The notes under the pieces are model-generated. The model did no database searches. It saw only the letters and a program-made list of their open reading frames with translations, and had not been told where the DNA came from. From Deltaproteobacteria bacterium (lineage in GTDB: Bacteria; Desulfobacterota; Desulfobaccia; Desulfobaccales; 0-14-0-80-60-11), in assembly GCA_016208235.1 (NCBI GenBank), contig JACQYN010000014.1, positions 203-64,202 of the forward strand: a DNA stretch of 64,000 nt, in the 5' to 3' direction. This document shows, piece after piece, positions 17,918-26,866 of the stretch. The position numbers and the translations under genes are program-made. Positions within the stretch are counted from its first letter, which is position 1. Each line of letters opens with the position of its first letter.

Positions 17918-20518
17918 TTAACCCTTCTGGATGGTTACCCTAACCAGGTTGGAGTTGAGAGTCAGTATATGGACCGGGGGCTGGGCAAAATGCTCCGGCA
18001 GGAAGACCACTCCCGGGGGCATCTCCGGGGCCAGGGCCACGGGCACGCTGATCTCCCCCTGGGAGGAAATGACCTTGGCCGTATCTCCAGCCGCGAGCCC
18101 TAAGCTCTGGGCGTCTTCCGGGTTCAGTTGCAGCGTAGCTTCGCTCATCAACTTCAAGGTGCCGTCGGGAGCATGGGTGGTATAAGACCCGGAATGGTTC
18201 AGGGCCTTGCCGATAATCAGGGTGTGAGGCCGGCGGCCCAGCAGGCTCAGGTCCGCCTCGAAGGGGATGAACGTGCCGGTGAGCGCGGCCTGCATCTGCG
18301 GGTAAGCGGCCTTGGGGCTTAGGCCCGCCCACAGGGGCATGGCCCGGGCCAGTTCCCGGAAGATCTGTTTGGGGTGGCTGGCGCCCAGTTTATAGCCCAT
18401 CTTTGCGCCCAACTGGCCGATGATCTGCCAATCCGGGCGCACGCCGTTAGCGGGCAGGGCCTGGGCCAAAACCCCCAGGGTGCCGTCGCTGCTGATGAAG
18501 CTCCCTTCCTGCTCCGCGTGCACCGCCACCGGCAGGACCACCTGGGCCAGCTTGGCGGTGTCGGTGAGGAACGCATCCTGGACCACCAGGAAGGGCACCT
18601 TTTTCAGGAGCTTTTCCGTGCGGCTGCGGTGGGGCAGGGCCCGGAGCAGGTCACCCCCCAACATATAAATAGCCTGGGGTGCGGCCGGATCGTTGGCCTC
18701 CAGTTTATCCAGCATATCCGGCAGGGTAAGGCCCGCCGCGGTTTCGTCAATGGGCACAAAACCGGGGAGGCGATTCGGCAGGACCCCCGCTTCACAGACG
18801 CCCCGGGAGTTGTTCTTCTCTGCCACCGGGTAAACCGCGCTGCCCGGGGTTCCGGGGCGGCCGATGAGCAGGAAGAGGTCGGCCAGGGCCAGGGCGTTTT
18901 GCTCGCCCTTGTCCTGGGCCAGAAGCTCGGTGCCGCAGATGATGGCGGGAGCCTGGGCCTGGGCCAGGAGGGCCGCGGTTTCCTTGATGAGGGTTTCCTC
19001 CACTCCAGTCTTGGAAGCCACGTCCTTCAGGCTCACCTTCTTGAAGCTTTCCTTGAACTCCTCCAAGCCCGCGGCGCTCACCGCCGGGGTCCGGTCGGGG
19101 TTCGCAGCAAAGAAGGCCTTGAACAAGCCGGAAAGCAAGATGCGCTCCGTGCCGGGCTTATAGCGCAGGCTCAGGTGCGCGTAACGGTCGAACTTGGTAC
19201 GCCGGGGATTGGCCAGCACCAGGCGGAAATTCTCATTATCCAACGCCCGGAGCAACTTCCAGCCCAGGGGCGGCATCTCCGGAGTGACGTCCGCGCCCAA
19301 CACCAGGGCCAGGTCCGCGTTCGGAAGATCAGCAAAATGCCCCAAAACAAAGGGGAAGCCGCTGCCTTGCGCGCCTTCGCCCAGAGTCAAGGGTGATTGG
19401 TAGGGCAGGGGAGGGGCGGTGGAAGCCTCCACCCCGGAGACCTGGGGGAGGCCAAAGACCGCGGCCAGGCCCTTCAAGGCCCGAACGTAGGTGTAGCGCC
19501 CCGGGTTATCCAACTGGTTGGTGCCCAACCCCTGGCGGAAAAATTTCTGAAAGAGGTAGTTGGCCTCATTGGTAGCCCGGGCGGAGCCTACGCCGTAGAT
19601 GGCGTTCGCGCCCGCGCTCTCTGCGATCTCCTTGAACTTGGCGGCCACCAGGTCCAGGGCCTCGTCCCAGGAGGCCTCCCGGAAGTTGCCGTTATCCTTG
19701 ATCAACGGGGTCTTCAGGCGGTCCGGGGCCTCCACCACCGGGAAGCCGAAGCGGCCCCGGGAGCAGAGCAAAATGCTGGCCTGGTTCCGGACCCGCAGGA
19801 TATGGTCGTCCTTGGTGTGCAGGTCATAGACGCAGCCGCCGCCGCAGAAGGGGCAGACGGTTTCGGTCTTGGTCACTTCCCAGGCCCGGGCCCGGTACTT
19901 CCAGAGCTTGTTGATCAGGGCCCCCACCGGGCAGATGTCGATGCAGGAGCCGCAGAATTCGCAATCCAGGGGTAACTGGCCGGAGCCCAGCTCCGTGAAG
20001 TAGCCCCGCTGCATGAAGTTGATGGCCATGGCCTCCACGTGGTCCCGGCAGATGTGGATGCAGCGGCCGCAGGTGACGCAGCGGTCCGGGTGCCGCTCCA
20101 CGAAGAGGGACTCGTAGTCGTGGTTGGGGGCCAGCTTGACGGCCTCCAGGTCCACCTTCTCCACGGCCAGGGTATGGGTCAGGTCCTGGAGCTCGCACTC
20201 GCCGCCCTTGTCGCAGATGGGGCACTCCAGGGCGTGGTTGATGAGCACCAGCTTCATCAATTCACCCCGAATCTGCTGCAGGCGCTCGGAGTTGGTATTG
20301 ACCTCCATGCCTTCGTTGACCACGGTGGCGCAGGCCGGCAGGGGCCGGGGGGGGCCGGGTTTGACTTCCACCACGCAGATGCGACAGGCGCCGATGGGCT
20401 TCAGGGCCGGGTGGTAACAGAGCCTGGGGATGAAGATGCCGTTAGCGTCGGCCACTTCCAGGACGGTTTTCCCCTTGGGCGCTTGAATCGCCCGGCCGTC
20501 AATGGTCAGATTAACCAT
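17918..20518 (-). CDS. nuoG: NADH-quinone oxidoreductase subunit G (75-kDa type)
   Basis: N-terminal 2Fe-2S (CYHPALKPIGACRIC), HALECPICDKGGECELQD, 4Fe-4S motifs (CVTCGRCIHIC, CEFCGSCIDICPVGAL), then a molybdopterin-oxidoreductase-like domain. Confidence 0.9.
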   Translation of the reverse strand: MVNLTIDGRAIQAPKGKTVLEVADANGIFIPRLCYHPALKPIGACRICVVEVKPGPPRPLPACATVVNEGMEVNTNSERLQQIRGELMKLVLINHALECPICDKGGECELQDLTHTLAVEKVDLEAVKLAPNHDYESLFVERHPDRCVTCGRCIHICRDHVEAMAINFMQRGYFTELGSGQLPLDCEFCGSCIDICPVGALINKLWKYRARAWEVTKTETVCPFCGGGCVYDLHTKDDHILRVRNQASILLCSRGRFGFPVVEAPDRLKTPLIKDNGNFREASWDEALDLVAAKFKEIAESAGANAIYGVGSARATNEANYLFQKFFRQGLGTNQLDNPGRYTYVRALKGLAAVFGLPQVSGVEASTAPPLPYQSPLTLGEGAQGSGFPFVLGHFADLPNADLALVLGADVTPEMPPLGWKLLRALDNENFRLVLANPRRTKFDRYAHLSLRYKPGTERILLSGLFKAFFAANPDRTPAVSAAGLEEFKESFKKVSLKDVASKTGVEETLIKETAALLAQAQAPAIICGTELLAQDKGEQNALALADLFLLIGRPGTPGSAVYPVAEKNNSRGVCEAGVLPNRLPGFVPIDETAAGLTLPDMLDKLEANDPAAPQAIYMLGGDLLRALPHRSRTEKLLKKVPFLVVQDAFLTDTAKLAQVVLPVAVHAEQEGSFISSDGTLGVLAQALPANGVRPDWQIIGQLGAKMGYKLGASHPKQIFRELARAMPLWAGLSPKAAYPQMQAALTGTFIPFEADLSLLGRRPHTLIIGKALNHSGSYTTHAPDGTLKLMSEATLQLNPEDAQSLGLAAGDTAKVISSQGEISVPVALAPEMPPGVVFLPEHFAQPPVHILTLNSNLVRVTIQKG

Positions 20519-20542
20519 AAATCGTTCCTATGTTTTCGCCAT

Positions 20543-20640
20543 GTAGGGTGGGCACGGCCCACCATTTCTCATTTATCGGCGGACCGTGCCCGCCCTGCAT
20601 TTTATTTAGCTGAAAGCTGACCGCTGAAAGCTGATAGCTT
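20543..20640. repeat. REP-like doublet plus (AGCTGAN)n array between nuoG and the inserted ORF
   Basis: GTAGGGTGGGCACGGCCCACC ... GGCGGACCGTGCCCGCCCTGCA, then TAGCTGAAAGCTGACCGCTGAAAGCTGATAGCTT. Confidence 0.85.
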
Positions 20641-20643
20641 CTC

Positions 20644-21015
20644 CTAATCCAGCCTCTCCAGGTTGGTCACCATGTAAAAGGGTTCGCTCATGGTGGTCTT
20701 CTTGTCACAGGTCAACCTAACTTTCCACCCCAGCCCTTTGATTTTGCCGGGGGTGAGGACCGCGGAGGGCTGGTCGGTATCGATAAGTCCGAACCTGGAG
20801 GCGTCCCTAGTAGTAACGCGAATATCAAGCTTCGGTTTGCTGTCCAGCTTGATGGCCAGATTTTTCTCCATACCGCCCATGGGCCCCATGGAGGTTTTAA
20901 TGGCAATCTCTTCGATCTTCCCCACAAAGGTCAGTCCAGTATCTTGGGCCGCCCCGGCCAGTGCCGTGAAAGCGAAAAGCAATAATAATACTATAGGGAA
21001 GATCTTTTTCAGCAT
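20644..21015 (-). CDS. small secreted protein of unknown function, inserted between nuoD and nuoG
   Basis: Signal peptide MLKKIFPIVLLLLFAFTALAGAAQD. I recognise no family. GC looks lower than the flanking nuo genes, and REP-like palindromes lie on both sides. Confidence 0.55.
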   Translation of the reverse strand: MLKKIFPIVLLLLFAFTALAGAAQDTGLTFVGKIEEIAIKTSMGPMGGMEKNLAIKLDSKPKLDIRVTTRDASRFGLIDTDQPSAVLTPGKIKGLGWKVRLTCDKKTTMSEPFYMVTNLERLD

Positions 21016-21073
21016 GATCGTTTCAGATAAAAGCCTAAGGGAATCGGCGGCGGGCGGGACGCCCGCCCTACCA

Positions 21074-22273
21074 CTACCTATCCACGTCCGCCAGGACGAT
21101 GTCCATGGTGCCGATCAAGGCGATGGCGTCGGCCAGGAGCCGGCCCCGGGCCAGTTTGTCCATGGCCGAGAGGTTGATAAACGACGGCCCCCGGATCTTC
21201 AGCCGGAAAGGCTGGGGGCTGCCGTCGCTCACGATATAAAAACCCATCTCCCCTTTGGGGGCCTCGATGCACTGGTAAACCTCGCCCACGGGCGGGGTGA
21301 TGCCTTCCTGGATCAACTTGAAGTGGTTGATCAACCCGGCGATGTCGTTATAGACCGCGTCCTTGGGAGGCAGGCTGACCCGGGGATCTTTGACCTTGAT
21401 GTCCCCGGGGGGCAGATCCGGCAGCCGCTCCAGCACCTGGCGGACGATGCGGTTCGCCTGGAGCATCTCCTCCATGCGCACCAGGTAACGGTCGTAGGTG
21501 TCGCCGTTTCTCCCCAGGGGCACCACAAAATCGAAGTCCTCGTAACTGGAATAGGGGTTGTCCCGGCGCAGATCCCAGTTCACTCCCGAGCCCCGGGCCA
21601 TGGGACCGGACCAGCCCCAGTCCAGGACCTCGTCCGGGGTCATGGCGCCCACGCCCTTGGTGCGCTCAATCCAGATTTGGTTTTTGGTCAGGAGGTTATG
21701 GTAATCCTGGTGCTTTTCCGGGAAAGTCTTGACGAATTCCCAGGCCGCGGGGATGAACCCTTCGGGGAGATCCGCGGCCAGACCGCCGATGCGGCAGTAC
21801 AAGGGGAACATGCGGGCCCCGGAGACCATCTCGCAGAGGTCCATGATCTTTTCCCGTTCCCTAAAGGCGTAGAACAAAGGCGTCATGGCCCCCAGGTCGT
21901 GGCCGTGGGTGCCCAGCCAGAAGAGGTGGGAGGCGATACGGGTCAGCTCCGCGATCATTACCCGGATATACTGGGCCCGTTTGGAGACCTCCACGCCCAG
22001 CAGTTTTTCCATGGCCAGGCAGAAGCCGAAGTTGTTGACCTCTCCGGCCAGGTAGTCCAGGCGGTTCATCAGGGGCATGCACTTGTGGTAAGTGCGGTAT
22101 TCGCACATCTTCTCGATGCCCCGGTGCAGGTAGCCGATATCCGGATCGGCCCGCAGGATGAGTTCGCCGTCCAGCTCCAAGAGGACCCGGAGCACCCCGT
22201 GGGTGCTGGGGTGCGACGGCCCCAGGTTGAGGAGCATGGTTTCGGTGCGTTTCATGGTCTCAGCGCCGTTCAT
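21074..22273 (-). CDS. nuoD: NADH-quinone oxidoreductase subunit D
   Basis: LNLGPSHPSTHGVLR near the N-terminus and C-terminal LIGTMDIVLADVDR. Confidence 0.93.
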   Translation of the reverse strand: MNGAETMKRTETMLLNLGPSHPSTHGVLRVLLELDGELILRADPDIGYLHRGIEKMCEYRTYHKCMPLMNRLDYLAGEVNNFGFCLAMEKLLGVEVSKRAQYIRVMIAELTRIASHLFWLGTHGHDLGAMTPLFYAFREREKIMDLCEMVSGARMFPLYCRIGGLAADLPEGFIPAAWEFVKTFPEKHQDYHNLLTKNQIWIERTKGVGAMTPDEVLDWGWSGPMARGSGVNWDLRRDNPYSSYEDFDFVVPLGRNGDTYDRYLVRMEEMLQANRIVRQVLERLPDLPPGDIKVKDPRVSLPPKDAVYNDIAGLINHFKLIQEGITPPVGEVYQCIEAPKGEMGFYIVSDGSPQPFRLKIRGPSFINLSAMDKLARGRLLADAIALIGTMDIVLADVDR

Positions 22274-22282
22274 CAGGTATTC

Positions 22283-22738
22283 CTACTTGCCCCGTAAGGG
22301 ATAGTCTTTGCGCAGGGGATGGCCCACCCAATCATTGGGCATCAGGATGCGCCGCAGGTCGGGATGGCCCCGGAAGCGGATGCCCATCAGATCGTAAGCC
22401 TCCCGCTCGTGCCAGTTGGCCGTGGACCAAACCGGCACCACCGAATCAATCGCGGGCGCGGCGTCGTCCGGGAGCAGGGTCTTTAACGTCACCCGGTTCC
22501 GGTTCTTGTGGGAGTAAAGATTATAGACCACCCCGAACCGGGGGCTCTGGGGGAGGTAATCCATGGCCGCGATCATGGAAAGATAGCGGAAAGAGGTCTG
22601 GGGCGCGTCCCGCAGGGCCTTACAGATGTCCACGATGCGCCTGGGTTTGACGATGATGGTGGTCTCCCCCCGGAACTCCACCACTTCCACCACTTCTTCG
22701 GGAAATTTTTCCTGCAGCAGTTCCGCGGCCTTGTTCAT
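22283..22738 (-). CDS. nuoC: NADH-quinone oxidoreductase subunit C
   Basis: 30-kDa subunit pattern [25 protein letters not shown]. Confidence 0.9.
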   Translation of the reverse strand: MNKAAELLQEKFPEEVVEVVEFRGETTIIVKPRRIVDICKALRDAPQTSFRYLSMIAAMDYLPQSPRFGVVYNLYSHKNRNRVTLKTLLPDDAAPAIDSVVPVWSTANWHEREAYDLMGIRFRGHPDLRRILMPNDWVGHPLRKDYPLRGK

Positions 22739-23250
22739 ACGGCCTCCTGGCGCAGCGCCAGCCGTTCCCGGTATTTCTTGGTCAGGAAGGGGTCTTGCAA
22801 AATCTTTTCATGAAGTTTCAAAATTCCGTAGAGCAGCCCTTCCGGCCGGGGCGGGCACCCCGGGACATAGACGTCCACCGGCAGGTAGGTGTCGATGCCC
22901 TGGACCACCGCGTAGGAGTCGAAAATGCCCCCGGAGCAGGCGCAGGCCCCCATGGCGATGACCCACTTGGGCTCCGTCATCTGCTCGTAGATGCGCTCGA
23001 TCGCGGGCATCATCTTCTTGCACACCGTGCCCGCGATGATGATCACATCCGCCTGGCGGGGGGAAGCCCTAAAGGCCTCCATACCGAAGCGGGCGATGTC
23101 CCAGCGGTTGGCCGCGGTGCAGATCATCTCGATGGCGCAGCAGGCCAGACCGAAGGTGGCAGGCCAGAGACTGCTCTTGCGGCCCCAATCCACGAGCTTT
23201 TCCAGGCTGGTGGTGAGGATGTTGTATCCCAGGTGTTCTTCTATTCCCAT
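22735..23250 (-). CDS. nuoB: NADH-quinone oxidoreductase subunit B
   Basis: [16 protein letters not shown] and VPGCPPRPE cluster-N2 ligand motifs. Confidence 0.93.
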   Translation of the reverse strand: MGIEEHLGYNILTTSLEKLVDWGRKSSLWPATFGLACCAIEMICTAANRWDIARFGMEAFRASPRQADVIIIAGTVCKKMMPAIERIYEQMTEPKWVIAMGACACSGGIFDSYAVVQGIDTYLPVDVYVPGCPPRPEGLLYGILKLHEKILQDPFLTKKYRERLALRQEAV

Positions 23251-23597
23251 TCCAACGCTCCCTTACCCCAGACGTAAGCCAGTCCCACCGCCAGGATGAC
23301 GATGAACACGCCCATCTCCCACAGGCCGAACCAGCCCAGGGGTTTGAACACCACGGCCCAGGGGTAGAGGAAAATAGCTTCAATGTCGAAGACAATGAAG
23401 AACATGGCGATGATGTAAAACCGCACCGTGTAGCGGCTGCGGGCGTCGCCGATGGGGTCCATGCCGCATTCATAAGGGATGTCTTTCTGGGGGGTGTGGG
23501 TCTTTTTGCCCAGCAATTCGGACAGCAGCACCATCACCCCCATCAGCCCCACGGCGATGAGCATGTAAATTAGGATGGGCAAGTATTCGATGAGCAT
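23241..23597 (-). CDS. nuoA: NADH-quinone oxidoreductase subunit A
   Basis: 118-aa three-TM protein ([24 protein letters not shown]). Confidence 0.9.
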   Translation of the reverse strand: MLIEYLPILIYMLIAVGLMGVMVLLSELLGKKTHTPQKDIPYECGMDPIGDARSRYTVRFYIIAMFFIVFDIEAIFLYPWAVVFKPLGWFGLWEMGVFIVILAVGLAYVWGKGALEWE

Positions 23598-23660
23598 ATG
23601 GCGACCTTTTTAGATTATCCAAATGAGGCCACTTAAAGTGGCGCAATCTTGGGGTACGCC

Positions 23661-23713
23661 GCACAGGCGGGACGCCTGTGCCACTATTTTTGGGCGGACC
23701 CATGTGTCCGCCC
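23661..23713. repeat. two hairpins between nuoEF and nuoA
   Basis: GCACAGGCGGGACGCCTGTGCC and GGGCGGACCCATGTGTCCGCCC. The first family recurs at 3211-3235, 36765-36785 and 49337-49361. Confidence 0.85.
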
Positions 23714-23721
23714 TTTATTCT

Positions 23722-25578
23722 CTAATGGCTGTGCGTTTCCGCCTTACACACCCCCAGCGGACATTCCCCCGCCAGGTGCGCGTCGTATTCGTCTTTGAAC
23801 CGCTCCATGGTGGTCTTGATGAAGGAATGGGGACTCCACCCCAGCGCGCAGTTGGCGCTTTCCACCATGGCTTTGGACAGAGAGTACATGCGGTCCAGGT
23901 CCGCCTGCGCGCCTTGGCCCGCGGCCACCTTGCAGATCAACTCGTAGAGTACCCGGGTGCCCCGGCGGCAAGGGAGGCAAAAACCGCAGGATTCGTGCTG
24001 GAAGAAGTAGAGCAGGCACTTCACCACGTCGATGATGCAGGTGGTGTCGTCCATAACCATCATGGTGCCGGAGCCCAATCCCCCTTCGACCTTGGCCAGC
24101 GCCCCGTGTTCAATGGTGGTGTTCAGGTGTTCCGGGAGGAAGAAGCCCACGGACGCGCCGCCGGGCTGGACGCTCTTGATCTTCCTGCCATTCCGGACGC
24201 CGCCGCCGTAATTGTCGATGAGTTCCTGGAGCGTCATGCCCAGGTTGGCTTCCACGATCCCGGGTTTATTCACGTGGCCCACCACCTGCATGATCTTGGT
24301 GCCCGCGGTGTCCTGGGTGCCCTTGGCTTTGTACCATTCAGAGCCTTTGAGGACGATGGTGGGGACGTTCGACAGTGACTCCACGTTGTTGACGATGGTG
24401 GGCTTGTACCAGACCCCCACCTGGCCGGGGAAGGGCGGCTTCACCCGGGGATTGCCCCGCTGGCCCTGGATGGATTCGATGAGCGCGGTTTCCTCGCCGC
24501 AGACATAAGAGCCGCCGCCGGTCTGCACCTGGATGTGGAAGGAGAACCCGGAGCCCATGATGTTGTCGCCCAGCAAGCCCTTGGCCTCCGCGGCCTTAAT
24601 CGCGGCATTGAGGCGGTGCATGCTCAGGTAATATTCGCCCCGGCAGTAGATGTAGCCGAAGTTGGCCCCCACCGCGTAGCCGGCGATGGCCATGCCTTCC
24701 AGCACCTTATGGGGGTCGCCCTCCATGATGTAGCGGTCCTTGATGGTGCCAGGCTCCCCTTCGTCCGCGTTACAGACGATATACTTGGGGGTGATGGGGC
24801 TGGGCCGGGTGAAGGACCATTTCAGACCGGTGGGGAACCCCGCGCCGCCCCGGCCCCTCAGACCTGAGTCCTTGACCACGTTGACCACCTCTTCGGGGGT
24901 CATCCCCAAGGCTTTTTTCAGACCCTCGTAGCCGCCCCGAGCCTGGTAGTCTTTCAGACTTAAGGGGTCGATCTGGTCCACGTTGGCCAGAAGCACCAGT
25001 TCATCCGGGCTGGGAGGATAGTCGCTCAGGGCGTTGGTGGTGCGGGCCAGCTTCCGGTAATCCGGGGCCTTACCGGCCCGGTAGTCGCCGAGGATATTCT
25101 TAATGCGCTCCTGGGTGAGGCGGCCGTGGACCACCTCGTTGATCTGCATGGCCGGGGCCACCTCGCAGACTCCCAGACAGGCGGTGTGCTCCAGGGTAAA
25201 GAGGCCGTCGGTGGTGGTTTCCCCCACGCTGATCCCCAGTTCCCCTTTGAGTACTTCCACCAGGTTATCCACCCCCAGGATGTGGCATTGGGGCGATTCG
25301 CACACCCGGATGATGTATTTGCCCCGGGGCGAAGTGGCGTACATGGTGTAAAAACTGAGGACGCCGTAGAGGTAAGGATAGGGGACATCCATGCCCTGGG
25401 ACACGAGCTTCAGGGCCTCCAGGGGGAGCCAGTTGCCGCACAGGCCTTGGACGGCGTGCAACGCGGGCAGGAGTCCGCCCTTGGTGGCGCGGAAGCGGCG
25501 GCAGGTTTCCTGGATGGCGGAAACTTGCTCCGGGCTAAGAGAAGCGCTGACGGGGCGTTTGATTTCCAGCATTATCAA
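23722..25578 (-). CDS. nuoEF: fused NuoE-NuoF NADH dehydrogenase flavoprotein subunit
   Basis: N-terminal NuoE-type 2Fe-2S thioredoxin fold (CESPQCHILG...CLGVCEVAPAMQIN) is fused to NuoF (GLRGRGGAGFPTGLKW; ESCGFCLPCRRG). It lies upstream of nuoA. Confidence 0.88.
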   Translation of the reverse strand: MIMLEIKRPVSASLSPEQVSAIQETCRRFRATKGGLLPALHAVQGLCGNWLPLEALKLVSQGMDVPYPYLYGVLSFYTMYATSPRGKYIIRVCESPQCHILGVDNLVEVLKGELGISVGETTTDGLFTLEHTACLGVCEVAPAMQINEVVHGRLTQERIKNILGDYRAGKAPDYRKLARTTNALSDYPPSPDELVLLANVDQIDPLSLKDYQARGGYEGLKKALGMTPEEVVNVVKDSGLRGRGGAGFPTGLKWSFTRPSPITPKYIVCNADEGEPGTIKDRYIMEGDPHKVLEGMAIAGYAVGANFGYIYCRGEYYLSMHRLNAAIKAAEAKGLLGDNIMGSGFSFHIQVQTGGGSYVCGEETALIESIQGQRGNPRVKPPFPGQVGVWYKPTIVNNVESLSNVPTIVLKGSEWYKAKGTQDTAGTKIMQVVGHVNKPGIVEANLGMTLQELIDNYGGGVRNGRKIKSVQPGGASVGFFLPEHLNTTIEHGALAKVEGGLGSGTMMVMDDTTCIIDVVKCLLYFFQHESCGFCLPCRRGTRVLYELICKVAAGQGAQADLDRMYSLSKAMVESANCALGWSPHSFIKTTMERFKDEYDAHLAGECPLGVCKAETHSH

Positions 25579-25735
25579 CCCATTGTTACTATTTTCTTTG
25601 TGAAAATTTTCTTATATCTGGAAATTTTTAATCCCATTCCACCTCACTGTCAAGCACTTTTTTACTTTTTCCGGGGAATACCTGGAGTCCTCCATCTGCG
25701 CCCTTGTATGAGAATGGGGGAGGGGACAGGATGAA

Positions 25736-26012
25736 CCAGTAGTCAGTGGCCAGTGGCCAGTGGTCAGTGGCCAGTGGTCAGTAGTCATACCGAGTTGCAG
25801 TCAAAAAGGTATTAAAACGTAGGGGCGAACCTTGTGTTCGCCCGGTCGCTCCAGGGCGAACACAAGGTTCGCCCCTACGAAAAAATATGCCTTTGATGAC
25901 TAATTGGTATCAGTAGTCAGAATCGGCATCCGAGAACTTGCCTCAAAACAGAAAACAGAAAACAGAATACTGGCCACTGACCACTGACCACTGACCACTG
26001 ACCACTGAACAC
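25736..26012. repeat. 277-bp composite imperfect palindrome (heptamer arms + REP doublet core)
   Basis: Outer arms are (CAGTGGY)n at 25736-25787 against (CCACTGA)n at 25971-26012. The inner pair is ATACCGAGTTGCAGTCAAAAAGG against CCTTTGATGACTAATTGGTAT. The core is GTAGGGGCGAACCTTGTGTTCGCCC...GGGCGAACACAAGGTTCGCCCCTAC (25819-25878). Confidence 0.92.
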
Positions 26013-26019
26013 TTCATCA

Positions 26020-26589
26020 TCACCGGCCCGCCATCCGCTTCCCCAAGACCTTCAGCCATGCGCCGCCTTCCCGGAGCAGCATTTTCCCCAGGCGCAGGAA
26101 CCTGCGGCGCTGCCAGTAATCCCGGAGCAGGCCCGGGAAGGGCAGGGGGTGTAGCAAGTGGAGGTGGGCTCCGGCCTGCCGCCGGAAGAGATAATGGGCC
26201 CGGCGCATGTGCAGGTGGTCGGTGACCAGGCCCACCCGTTTAAGCCCCAGCTTCTGCAGCAGGGCCAGGGTATTTTTGGCCGCCGCGGCGGTATTGCGGC
26301 TGGTCTCTTCCAGGACCAGCAGGGCTGCCAGGCGCTCCCGGATCTCGGCCCCCCAGTTCTCCTCCACCCACTTCAGGGACCACTTCGCCATGGCCCGGGC
26401 CTCGGAGACCGGCGCGCCCCGGTTCTGACCGCCGCTAAGGAGGAAGTAGGCCCCAGGGTAATGCTCCCGCCACAGATTCAGGGCATGGAGGAGGCGCAGC
26501 CGGGTGGGCCGACCGGGGTAGCCGTCCGCGCCCACCCGGCCCCCCAGGATAATGAGGACCTGCAAGGGAGGGGGGGTAGAAATTTCCAT
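26020..26589 (-). CDS. YdcF/DUF218-family protein
   Basis: VLIILGGRVGADGYP...RLRLLHALNLW...LLSGG pattern typical of DUF218. Confidence 0.65.
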   Translation of the reverse strand: MEISTPPPLQVLIILGGRVGADGYPGRPTRLRLLHALNLWREHYPGAYFLLSGGQNRGAPVSEARAMAKWSLKWVEENWGAEIRERLAALLVLEETSRNTAAAAKNTLALLQKLGLKRVGLVTDHLHMRRAHYLFRRQAGAHLHLLHPLPFPGLLRDYWQRRRFLRLGKMLLREGGAWLKVLGKRMAGR

Positions 26590-26614
26590 GATCGCCGATA
26601 TACCACTAAATCCG

Positions 26615-26745
26615 CAGTCTCAAACTCCCCCTCCCTTGAGGGGAGGGGGTTGGGGGGAGGGTGGCGACTTGTGGCCCTGAACCTCCAAAAAGACGCCACC
26701 CCCACCCTAACCCTCCTCCCTCAAGGGGGAGGGGATTTTTCAGTC
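26615..26745. repeat. G-rich CCCTCAAGGGGGAGGGG-type inverted pair
   Basis: ACTCCCCCTCCCTTGAGGGGAGGGGGTTGGGGGGAGGGTGGCG against GCCACCCCCACCCTAACCCTCCTCCCTCAAGGGGGAGGGGA. Confidence 0.88.
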
Positions 26746-26866
26746 TTTTTAAGAGGATGTGGGAAATTATTAAACGCTTTGAGTTATTTAGAGATGCGCA
26801 ATTATTTATGTCGTTCTGCATAGTCATGTAAGGTATTTCTAGAGCAAAACACTATCATCATTTTCC

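Noticed and set aside
20690-22297. 535-aa plus-strand ORF
   Set aside because: It is entirely antisense to nuoD and the small secreted ORF, with a Gly/His/Pro/Val/Asp-rich low-information composition. nuoD on the other strand is unambiguous.
25736-26012. Possibility that the short tandem arrays are CRISPR arrays
   Set aside because: The repeat period is 6-10 bp with no unique spacers, and the arrays occur as inverted arms. No cas genes are in the window.
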